This document shows, in pieces, positions 29,362-37,782 of a stretch of 64,000 nucleotides of DNA. How positions within the stretch are numbered: position 1 is the first letter of the stretch; the number at the start of each line of letters is the position of its first letter. The position numbers and the translations under genes were made by a program. The notes below the pieces were generated by a model, which worked only from the letters and a program-made list of their open reading frames with translations, ran no database searches and was not told the DNA's origin. Location: assembly GCF_055900595.2 (NCBI RefSeq), contig NZ_CM148325.1; one strand, 5' to 3'.

Positions 29362-30654
29362 TTATACGGCTTTATTGCGCTTCATGACCATTGCCACAAT
29401 AAGGCTGAGTAAGAGTGCGCCAATAATCCATATCAGCGCACGACTGCCCTGGGACCACAGACTGTAGATGAAGCCAACGATCACCAACAACATAACCAAC
29501 GTGCCAACGATAAGAATCGGCAACGAGGCATGGATATCATGACGCAGGCGCATCGCCACCACAAACACCGCCAGGTAGCAGATCAAAAAGGTGGCACTGG
29601 CAACGCTGGCGAGTGAGCCTAAATTTAGCGCCGCCGTCATCAGCATAATCAACACCACGACGATGATGTTGCCCCAGGTACTCTGCCGCCACAGAGATTT
29701 ATTCATTAGCTTCGGCAGTTCGCGTTCGCTTCCCATGTTGTCCATGATGTTAAACACGGCGAACAGGTTCGCGTTGATGGCTGAAGCCGTCGCCAGTAAA
29801 GCACCGATGACAACGATCACATAACCCACATGCCCGAGGAGCGGAGATGCGGCCTGCGCTACGGCGGTATCGGCATATTTTTCTAACTCTAATGCCGATA
29901 CATCGCTAAGCAGTACCAGCGCCAGCGCGATGTAAAGCAGTGTGGTAACGCCAATCGCCACCAGAAACGCCCGTGGCATAATGACCGCCGGATCTTTCAC
30001 TTTATCCGCCGCGTTCGCCATCATGCCAAAGCCCGCATAGGCAAGGAAGGTTATCCCGATACAGGAGAAGAACGCACCGGAGCTGGGAGGCGCAGAGACG
30101 GAAATATGCGCCGGTTGTAGCGACCAGACACCGGCAATAATCAGCAATAACAGGATCATCATTTTAATGCCGACGAGGATCACTTCCAGCCGCCCTACCG
30201 CATGGTTGCTTAAGGAGTTGAAAAGCGTCATCACCGCAATGATCCCCAACGCGTAGAGCAAAATAAGGTGCTCCTCCTGGCTGCCTTCATGCAAAAACTG
30301 CACGGCATAAGCGCCAAAAGCACGGGCGACCATGGCGATACTCACCGCCAGCGTCAACAGGTACAGTAACGAGAGCGCCAGCGAAAAGACGCCGTTGCCT
30401 AATCCGCGACGAAAGAAGTCGATAATACCGCCATTGCTGGGATAGCTCGCCCCCAGACGCGCATAGGCATAACCGGAAAACATCGCCACAATACCGCCAA
30501 AAGCAAAGGCGACCCAGGTCGAGGCTTCCATTAGCAACGCAGCCTGCCCCAGCAGCGCGAAGATCCCCGCCCCCACCATTGCCCCAATGCCGATGGAAAC
30601 GACGTTCCATAGACCGAGAGGTTTGTTACCGTTATTACCTTCCGTGTTCATCAT
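29362..30654 (-). CDS. ybaT: APC-family amino acid transporter YbaT
   Basis: 430-aa polytopic membrane protein, immediately downstream of glsA as in E. coli. Confidence 0.9.
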   Translation of the reverse strand: MMNTEGNNGNKPLGLWNVVSIGIGAMVGAGIFALLGQAALLMEASTWVAFAFGGIVAMFSGYAYARLGASYPSNGGIIDFFRRGLGNGVFSLALSLLYLLTLAVSIAMVARAFGAYAVQFLHEGSQEEHLILLYALGIIAVMTLFNSLSNHAVGRLEVILVGIKMMILLLLIIAGVWSLQPAHISVSAPPSSGAFFSCIGITFLAYAGFGMMANAADKVKDPAVIMPRAFLVAIGVTTLLYIALALVLLSDVSALELEKYADTAVAQAASPLLGHVGYVIVVIGALLATASAINANLFAVFNIMDNMGSERELPKLMNKSLWRQSTWGNIIVVVLIMLMTAALNLGSLASVASATFLICYLAVFVVAMRLRHDIHASLPILIVGTLVMLLVIVGFIYSLWSQGSRALIWIIGALLLSLIVAMVMKRNKAV

Positions 30655-30656
30655 GA

Positions 30657-31589
30657 TCAGCCCTTAAACACGTTATAGCCGAGTTGCTTAGCGACCGATG
30701 CCACCATTTTTTGACCGCGAACACTGTTGCCTTCTTCGTCCAGCGGTGGTGAGAACGCGGCAATTCCCATCACGCCAGGGACGACCGCCAGAATACCGCC
30801 ACCTACACCGCTTTTGCCCGGTAAACCAACGCGATACGCCCAGTCACCGGAGCGACCATACAGCCCTTCCATCATCATTTCGGCCAGAATGTACGGCACG
30901 TTGTCGGCCTGAAGAACGCGTTTATGCGTCAGCGGATTCACACCACCCGCCGCCAGCGTCGCGCCAAGCGTTGCCAGTTCAATAGTATTGAGGAGCGTGG
31001 AGCACTGACGGGTATACACGTCACAGGCTTCCATTGCATCACAATAGAGATATCCGGCGGAGTACAGCAGCCAGGCTATGGCCCGGTTATGGAAGTTGGT
31101 TGTTTATTCCGACTGGTTGACTTCATCAGAGAGCGCTACCTGCTCACCAGCCAGTTGTTGTTGGATATGTAAAATTCGCTGCCAGCGTTGTTCGGCATTT
31201 TCAGCGTTAATCAGGCTGGTGGTGGCAATAGCGCCAGCATTTACCAGTGGCGAAAGCGGTTTGCCGCCATGCAACTCTAAGGCGATAACCGAGTTAAAGG
31301 GCAATCCGGTCGGGTCAGCGCCAATTTTGTCCTGTACCGCCTGCGGGCCGACATCTTCTAACGCGAGGGCTAACGTACAGACTTTTGAAATGGATTCCAG
31401 CGCAAAGCGGTAATCACTGTCACCCGCGCTAAAGACTTTACCATCGCAGGTCACGATAGCCACTGCCGCCAGTTGACTGGGCACATTCGCCAGAAAGGGA
31501 ATGTAATCGGCATTTTGTCCGCCGTTAAGTGAGTGAAATTGGGTGTAAGCCTGATCCACTGCCTGCTGTAATGTGTTTGCATCTAACAT
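30657..31589 (-). pseudogene. glsA: glutaminase 1 gene interrupted by one in-frame TAA (codon 162); otherwise full length
   Basis: ORFs 31104..31589 and 30657..31034 are in the same frame and together give the 310-aa glutaminase; minus-strand reads tcg gaa TAA aca acc. Confidence 0.8.
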
Positions 31590-31780
31590 CTTTTGTTAAC
31601 TCCTTTTTATAGATGCGGGAGGGGATTCCTCACCCCGGTGCCGATTTTCAGGCATCCTGATTTAACTTAGCACCCGCGACTTAACTACAGGAAAACAAAG
31701 AGATAAATGTCTAATCCTGATGCAAATTGAGCCGATTTTTTAATCTTTACGGACTTTTACCCGCCTGGTTTATTAATTTC

Positions 31781-31799
31781 TTGACCTTCCCCTTGCTGG
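31781..31799 (+). promoter_or_regulatory. copA promoter -35 hexamer and left half of the CueR operator, cut off at the prophage junction
   Basis: TTGACCTTCCCCTTGCTGG matches the copA promoter/CueR box recalled from E. coli K-12, but the right half of the dyad and the -10 are replaced by different sequence from about 31800. Confidence 0.55.
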
Positions 31800-31868
31800 G
31801 GACAAAGAACTGCGTGGTGTAAAATAACACCACGCAATATCAATAAGTTACATAACCACTTTAACTCT

Positions 31869-32882
31869 CTACCTCCCTTTTTCCTCAAAATGTGGACACT
31901 CAATGGACATATCACATAGCGGATTATGCATCACAGCATCGCTTAAATAATCCGGCGAAAAATGCGCATAAGTCATTGTCTGAGATATATCTGCATGACC
32001 GAGGATTTTTTGAAGAGAAATAATATTCCCCCCATTCATCATAAAATGGGTGGCAAATGTATGCCTCAATACATGAACCGCTTGACCGTCCGGCAAATTA
32101 GGCTTAGCCACCTTCAGTTTCAGCCTAAACCATTTATAACTCACCCGAAATAAACGCCCCTCCTTGCGATGTTTTACAAGCCTAACAACATCATCAGAAA
32201 CAGGAACAACCCGACGCTTATTATTTTTTGTGAAATTAAATACAACCTTATTACCGATAATATGTTCCCCCATTAGCTGATATGCTTCATTCCAGCGACA
32301 GCCTGTAGACAACAAAAGGACAGCCATTCGGTAATAATCTCCCGAACCCTTGCAGATAGAAAGAAACGCACCAATCTCTTCATGATTAAGATAAGCCATC
32401 TCTGGGGTTTTTTCCTTGAGGCGAGGAAGCGACAATACAGGGTTACTACCGTGATATTCACCAATCTCTGCCATAGCCTTTAACGCAGCGCTAAACGCAA
32501 AAAGATCATGGTTGATTGTAGATGCCTTAACCCCTTGATCGAGACGGCGCGATCTATATTCAGCAACCATGCGTTCATCAATCTCGTACATCATAGGGTC
32601 ACCCATATCAAGACAAATACACTGGAGGTTATTCAGTCTACGATTCGCGTAATCCTTGTGACGACCTATCAGTAACCACCACGTCGCAATGAAATCGCTT
32701 AAATATCGCTTGTCCAGAAGATTACCGAAAACATCAACAGAAGGGCGATCAGCAAGAACTTCGCGTTCAAATGCTACAGCCAGATTTTTTTTCTCAAACT
32801 TCCGACGAATGCGCCTTCCCTTACTTCCGTCGGGTCGAATGTCCACAAAATAGCGACCATCTTCGAGCTTCTTAATTGACAT
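31869..32882 (-). CDS. int: P2-family tyrosine integrase
   Basis: MSIKKLEDGRYFVDIRP... close to P2 Int N-terminus; C-terminal R..H..R..Y catalytic region (HVLRHTFATH, MTYAHF); ORF track start 32912 probably too far upstream. Confidence 0.9.
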   Translation of the reverse strand: MSIKKLEDGRYFVDIRPDGSKGRRIRRKFEKKNLAVAFEREVLADRPSVDVFGNLLDKRYLSDFIATWWLLIGRHKDYANRRLNNLQCICLDMGDPMMYEIDERMVAEYRSRRLDQGVKASTINHDLFAFSAALKAMAEIGEYHGSNPVLSLPRLKEKTPEMAYLNHEEIGAFLSICKGSGDYYRMAVLLLSTGCRWNEAYQLMGEHIIGNKVVFNFTKNNKRRVVPVSDDVVRLVKHRKEGRLFRVSYKWFRLKLKVAKPNLPDGQAVHVLRHTFATHFMMNGGNIISLQKILGHADISQTMTYAHFSPDYLSDAVMHNPLCDMSIECPHFEEKGR

Positions 32883-32951
32883 AAGAAGACCCTCCAACAG
32901 TCCATTCTCCATCTTGAAAACAGATAGAGAAAACGTATTCCTTATAAAGAG

Positions 32952-33251
32952 TTAACCAGTCTGTTTCCCTGATTGGGGTGACGTTGTTTCGACGTGCCCA
33001 CAGTGTGCGAGAGCCGGGGCTATTTGCCCGTGTTCTGGGTCGATGCGGTCATACATAAACCAATTCTGATACTTATGAAAACGGGGGTGACCAAATATCT
33101 TAATTGCAGATTCCAATGTCATCTTAGATTTGTCACGCTCATAGCCGTGATAGGTTGTGTAATTAAGCCCTACTAAATCAACAAATTGCTGTTTTGTTAG
33201 CCTTTCCGAATCTCGCATGATCGCTAACTTTTCACCTTGAGTATTTGACAT
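32952..33251 (-). CDS. C: P2 C-type immunity repressor
   Basis: 99 aa, MSNTQGEKLAIMRDSERLTKQQFVDL...GQIAPALAHCGHVETTSPQSGKQTG closely resembles P2 C. Confidence 0.9.
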   Translation of the reverse strand: MSNTQGEKLAIMRDSERLTKQQFVDLVGLNYTTYHGYERDKSKMTLESAIKIFGHPRFHKYQNWFMYDRIDPEHGQIAPALAHCGHVETTSPQSGKQTG

Positions 33252-33345
33252 ATTTACGAGTACTCCATATAGTTACGCAAAAACAACATTCCTAGCCTAA
33301 AACGGCAAAACACCGTCAAAGGCCGATTAGGCTAAGCAAGCCTCA

Positions 33346-33993
33346 ATGAATGGCAACCTTGGAGTGTATCAAAAAATGGCAAAACAACGAGATTTTGAAC
33401 AAATCACGACACATCAGCATTGCCGTCTCTATCCATTAGACGGCTACATCACGATGAACGTGTGCAAAATGAGTTCAACGCAGGCTGGACGCATACGTGA
33501 TATGAGTCTGAGCGACTTACAACAACAGGAGTTTGTTAGCCCAGAGGAGTTTGCATACATCACGGGGCGCACCTACAAAGCAGCCAAAAACATCATGGAC
33601 CGAAACGAAAGCCTGCTTATTAAGGAATACGCCACGCCAGACGCAACACGACCTAAGCGATTTATCAGACTCCAGCACTACTGGGCCGCAATTATCAACA
33701 ACAAAGCATCGCTGACACCACGCGAGCATCTATTTATCAATGAGATTCGAAACAACAAAACGCTTTACCGCGAGATGATGAAAATCAATCTCAAGATTCG
33801 CGAAGGGCGAGAAGTCTCGAAAAAAAACCAAGATACTCCCATCAATCGCAATCAGCGGCATAACACCAAAAGGAGTTTTCCCATGTGCGACCTGAGCAAA
33901 GCAGAGCTAATTGCAATCATATTGTTTGCCATAGATTTTGGTTTTCTTTTGAGCGGCGCAATTCTCCTTCCTGCAATTAACAGGAAAAATTAA
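33346..33993 (+). CDS. Cox/Apl-like HTH excision and switch regulator; start uncertain, C-terminal hydrophobic tail
   Basis: segment EFAYITGRTYKAAKNIMDRNESLLIKEY resembles Cox/Apl HTH; divergent from C; probable true start near 33502. Confidence 0.45.
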   Translation: MNGNLGVYQKMAKQRDFEQITTHQHCRLYPLDGYITMNVCKMSSTQAGRIRDMSLSDLQQQEFVSPEEFAYITGRTYKAAKNIMDRNESLLIKEYATPDATRPKRFIRLQHYWAAIINNKASLTPREHLFINEIRNNKTLYREMMKINLKIREGREVSKKNQDTPINRNQRHNTKRSFPMCDLSKAELIAIILFAIDFGFLLSGAILLPAINRKN

Positions 33994-34023
33994 TCACCAC
34001 TGCAAATAACAAGAGCCAACAAC

Positions 34024-34239
34024 ATGACCCCAAGACAAGTATTAATCTCCAAAAATGATGACATATTGCACTTTCAAGTAAAATACATAATAGCCACAAC
34101 AAAGGTAGGAACATCAATCTATATACACTATCAGAATTTCTATCTGGAGAGAGTCTTCGAAACGGAAGGAGAAGCCCAGAAGTTTTTGATACACATAAAA
34201 GATTGCATAGAAGGAAAAATAAGACCAGGGGATCAATAA
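34024..34239 (+). CDS. hypothetical early protein (71 aa)
   Basis: ORF in early operon; stop overlaps next start (TAATG). Confidence 0.35.
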   Translation: MTPRQVLISKNDDILHFQVKYIIATTKVGTSIYIHYQNFYLERVFETEGEAQKFLIHIKDCIEGKIRPGDQ

Positions 34240-34547
34240 TGCGAAAACATTATTCACAACCATATATCCGTAACAGTGCGCCACGCAGCAATAACCGCTG
34301 GAGCCTGCGCGAAACACACGCAACACCAGGCGGTCACGTTGTAAAACAAACTGGGGAACACACCTGGCTGATTGAGCAGGCTGGACTCGTGATCCACAGA
34401 TGCAACCGCAATCCGTTTACCGGAAACCGCATCTTTGCACTGAGCAGCGGCGACAACCAGTTCGGGCAGGATTTCACGCTACACGAAGCCCTGCGAACTG
34501 CCGACCGCTTAATCGCGGGGCGCAGCTTTCAGCACCCGGATTACTAA
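34239..34547 (+). CDS. hypothetical early protein (102 aa)
   Basis: ATG at 34239 overlapping upstream stop. Confidence 0.4.
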   Translation: MRKHYSQPYIRNSAPRSNNRWSLRETHATPGGHVVKQTGEHTWLIEQAGLVIHRCNRNPFTGNRIFALSSGDNQFGQDFTLHEALRTADRLIAGRSFQHPDY

Positions 34548-34590
34548 AGAAAAGTCGGCTTAATAAGCCCTGAGCCAGTCTTAATAAGAC

Positions 34591-34848
34591 ATGAGAGGCG
34601 ATAAGATGAAAAGAGCCTACAAAGAAATCGCTAACGACATACTTCAGAATTATCACCTAACCCTTGCAAACGAGGGTGTCGCCTATGATGAGCAATCGTT
34701 CCGCGCAATGCAGGGTGGGATTCTTGGGCTGTATATCGCCGCCACAGCCAGCGGCGACCTCGAAGCGCTGGCAGAATTAAAGGTTATCTATCCGAAAGAA
34801 CTTGGCGAAGACCTGATTAAACCCTATCTCATTGAGGAGCTGGCATGA
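34591..34848 (+). CDS. hypothetical early protein (85 aa)
   Basis: ORF with RBS; co-directional with early operon. Confidence 0.4.
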   Translation: MRGDKMKRAYKEIANDILQNYHLTLANEGVAYDEQSFRAMQGGILGLYIAATASGDLEALAELKVIYPKELGEDLIKPYLIEELA

Positions 34849-34970
34849 ATATTCTTATCTCGTGGTTAATTCTCATCCTCGCCATTATTTGCGCGGTGGG
34901 AATCATGCGAATTATTAACGGCATTAAAACCATCGAATCATTATTTACTGGCGACAAGCGCCATAAATAA
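34845..34970 (+). CDS. small hydrophobic peptide (41 aa, MNILISWLILILAIICAVGIM...), translationally coupled
   Basis: hand translation; ATGA overlap with upstream ORF; below the ORF-track size cut-off. Confidence 0.3.
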   Translation: MNILISWLILILAIICAVGIMRIINGIKTIESLFTGDKRHK

Positions 34971-35050
34971 ATAACCGGAAATTACCAGAAAGCAAGAAAA
35001 CATCCGCAACGGCGGAGGGATTCCCTTACGCCTGAAATAAGGAGCAGCGA

Positions 35051-35266
35051 ATGAGTAAACCACTAACCAGCATTGAGCGAAAAATTGTTTTTATGAATGT
35101 GGCAGGCGTGCAGTTCGAAGTGGATAAGCAGGTCATCGTCTCCGAAACGAGATGCCCGGCAGCAGGTGAGCAATGCACCTACCTGACACTGGCAGACGGC
35201 ACGCAAATAACCGCCGTCACCGACACCATTCGCGAGCTTGTGATTATCAGAGGGGTTAAACGATGA
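35051..35266 (+). CDS. hypothetical early protein (71 aa)
   Basis: ORF with RBS aaggagc; stop overlaps next ORF. Confidence 0.4.
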   Translation: MSKPLTSIERKIVFMNVAGVQFEVDKQVIVSETRCPAAGEQCTYLTLADGTQITAVTDTIRELVIIRGVKR

Positions 35267-35475
35267 CCAGCAAATACACCACCAACGCACGCAAGCCAGG
35301 CAAGGAGGCACGTCATCACATTGCCGTTCTGCGCAATCTCATCATGTGCGAAATCGACGACTTTGTGGCGGGACTGGGCCAGCCGGGCGAGCCAGCAACA
35401 CCGGGCGAAATACACAAAGAACTACGCCGCCGCATAGAAAGCGCGGTGGATTACGTCATGAACCCGAACGACTGA
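35263..35475 (+). CDS. hypothetical early protein (70 aa)
   Basis: ATGA-coupled to upstream ORF. Confidence 0.4.
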   Translation: MTSKYTTNARKPGKEARHHIAVLRNLIMCEIDDFVAGLGQPGEPATPGEIHKELRRRIESAVDYVMNPND

Positions 35476-35515
35476 CCAGAACGCGAGCGCGCGCCGGATG
35501 ACGCACGCATAACGC

Positions 35516-36001
35516 TTAGCGGGAAGCGCCAACCGTAAGGCTGGCAATGATTTTTTCGGAGAGTGAGAGAGATTCGCGATGATTAAGACCAAGAGCAGCA
35601 CAAGCTTTATTGCGCGCCGGGTTGTCCATGCATTCAAGCACCGGAGAGTCCTGCTTCTCAATTTCCACCAGTCGCGCCAGCAACACCTCCGTGCTGAGAC
35701 CGTCGCTTTCAGTAATCAGGACGTTATAGCGATGAGCCTGTTCTTTTGCAGCCTGAGCGCGTCGCCCAAATTTCCAGGCGATATTGCAGCCACTAAGCAC
35801 AGCCACGATACCACCCAGCAACCAACTGAAATTGCTGTCTGCAAACACAGTAGCCCCAGACGTAAGGATGACAGCATTAATCACCGTATCCATACGGCGG
35901 TTAAACACCTCCGAAATATGTTCAAGCCAGTAACTGTTCCAGAGACGAAACATGACCTCGTGTCGCCGTTCGGCATGATTTTCAGTTGGTTGTCTGTTCA
36001 T
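35516..36001 (-). CDS. 2-TM membrane protein encoded antisense to the early operon (possible moron)
   Basis: 161 aa with a hydrophobic hairpin (VINAVILTSGATVF ... FSWLLGGIVAVLSGCNIAW) followed by a charged helical tail. Confidence 0.5.
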   Translation of the reverse strand: MNRQPTENHAERRHEVMFRLWNSYWLEHISEVFNRRMDTVINAVILTSGATVFADSNFSWLLGGIVAVLSGCNIAWKFGRRAQAAKEQAHRYNVLITESDGLSTEVLLARLVEIEKQDSPVLECMDNPARNKACAALGLNHRESLSLSEKIIASLTVGASR

Positions 36002-36244
36002 TGCGGTTTAACCCTCCTCATCATCTCGCCCCTGCCCTTTTTCAGGCGCGGGAGCCGGTTGCCGTGGCACATGAAATTTATCGCTATCAGACATTTATTT
36101 TTTCCCGTGTGTTGTTGAACAAACTGCCCGCACAGTTTTGACGGAACGGCGGGCGCTTCAAGCGTAACACACCCTTCTTTTCCGGTTGAAGGCGAAAAAA
36201 ACCGGACAGCTACCCGACACAAACCAGACCAGCGGAGAACTGCC

Positions 36245-36799
36245 ATGTACGCACTTAAACCTATGGGGATACCAGGCAAAGCCCCGGCGCATGTGAAAGC
36301 CTGGACACAGCAGGAAGATGATTTGCTGATCACCCTGTACCCGCAGCACACAGCACGAGATATCGCCGGACGTCTGGGGCGCAGCTACGAAGGAGTTCGC
36401 GGCCGCATTTCTCGTCTGCGTGAACAGGGCAGGATTGGCATCAAGCAGCAAAGACTAAGCGATGAGATGATCGCCACGCTCATCAGGAACCGCCACACCA
36501 GGTCCCTCAAGGAACTGGCACACATGGCGAAAGTTTCGACACGCACGGTAACCAACCGATTGAGGGCGCTGGGCTACAGCCTGATCAAATGCGGAGAACT
36601 GCATAAAAACGCCGTCTACAGCGACTGCATCGTTGAGATTATCAACCAGTTACGCGACGAGCAGGGCCTGACGTTCAGGGAAATCGCGCAGCGCCTTAGC
36701 CACGAACTACAGCCGAACCCCACCCCGGCACTTGCTCGCCATCTCTACTGGCGCCGCACAGCAGCCGACGCCGTACTCCGCGAACTGTTACCAGATTGA
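36245..36799 (+). CDS. hypothetical DNA-binding protein with three HTH-like segments
   Basis: 184-aa ORF; repeated ...(R/K)x(L/I)AxxLGxSxxxVxxRLxxL... motifs. Confidence 0.5.
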   Translation: MYALKPMGIPGKAPAHVKAWTQQEDDLLITLYPQHTARDIAGRLGRSYEGVRGRISRLREQGRIGIKQQRLSDEMIATLIRNRHTRSLKELAHMAKVSTRTVTNRLRALGYSLIKCGELHKNAVYSDCIVEIINQLRDEQGLTFREIAQRLSHELQPNPTPALARHLYWRRTAADAVLRELLPD

Positions 36800-37119
36800 G
36801 CAATCACCATGTACACACAAAAAAACCGCTTGCAACAACAAACCGGAACAGGGTACGCTTCCCCCGCACCTCATAAAACGGGTGTCGGGTTTCGCAGCCT
36901 GCTGACTAGCAAAGCGCACAACCGCGCCAGCGGTTTTTTTGTGCGTACTGTATTGCCACGTCTTTTTCGCACACGAATTATGGCGGGGCGTACGGGGCCG
37001 ACTTCGGTCGGGCCGGGTTCTTTGCTAGCCGGTACTGCGAACCTCGTACGTCTCGCCACCCACAGTTTCGCAGCTCTGGATGGTGAGTTTTTAAAACTTA
37101 CTAGCAAAGAGGCCACACC

Positions 37120-37338
37120 ATGGCAAACCGCAAACAGCGCCGCGCTACTGCGGAGCATCACCACGTCCGCGCCCAAATCGACAAACGCCTTTTCCGCGCA
37201 TCACGCGTTGCACGCATCATGCACATCAACATGCTGCATGAACGCAGAGGGGCACTACCGAACACCTATATCGCCTCCGTTTTCAGCTATCTGGCGGACG
37301 ATCTCGCCGAGCTGCAACACCTCATTAACCAGCACTGA
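37120..37338 (+). CDS. hypothetical small protein (72 aa)
   Basis: ATG preceded by aaagagg RBS. Confidence 0.35.
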   Translation: MANRKQRRATAEHHHVRAQIDKRLFRASRVARIMHINMLHERRGALPNTYIASVFSYLADDLAELQHLINQH

Positions 37339-37410
37339 TAAACATCCCGAAGCCATCCTGCGCCCGTTCGCGGGAGGCTTCCACACATCTGTAGTCGGGA
37401 GGATTGCGCC

Positions 37411-37779
37411 ATGATTCTGGCTGACGATTTTCTGGAGTACCTGAACAACACCGAGCGCGACCTGTACGCGCGCGTTCTCACCCGTTACGAGAAATACAAA
37501 CTTTCACTGCCAGAGCATCAACTCCGCGAAGGCGATATCGACATTGAAGGGCGCTACATCGTCAGGCGCCGCATAGCGGGCTACGGCATCTGGCGTGTCA
37601 CCGGACTTGAGCATTCATTGCTGACCATCTGCCAGAGTCCGTCCGGCGTGATAACGGAGATCGTCGCCGATAGTCTGCGACTCACCCATCACAGCGCCAC
37701 CCCGGAAGAAACGCTGGCAGAAACCCAGCGTCTGTGTCGCGTCATTGCCAACGCCGCCCTCCGCGCAGACAGGAGGTAA
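37411..37779 (+). CDS. hypothetical protein (122 aa) immediately upstream of gene A
   Basis: ORF with RBS ggagg; ends 4 nt before A. Confidence 0.45.
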   Translation: MILADDFLEYLNNTERDLYARVLTRYEKYKLSLPEHQLREGDIDIEGRYIVRRRIAGYGIWRVTGLEHSLLTICQSPSGVITEIVADSLRLTHHSATPEETLAETQRLCRVIANAALRADRR

Positions 37780-37782
37780 GCG

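Noticed and set aside
30657-31589. Frameshift or insertion as the cause of the split glsA ORFs
   Set aside because: Hand translation shows both halves in the same frame separated only by a single TAA codon; it is a nonsense change, not a frameshift.
31590-31868. tRNA gene as the prophage integration target at attL
   Set aside because: No tRNA-like structure or T-loop motif was seen by eye; the junction lies in the glsA-copA intergenic promoter region instead.
36809-37414. 201-aa plus-strand ORF in the early region
   Set aside because: Low-complexity Ser/Thr/Ala-rich translation spanning a repeat- and hairpin-rich segment; the shorter 37120..37338 frame with an RBS is more credible.
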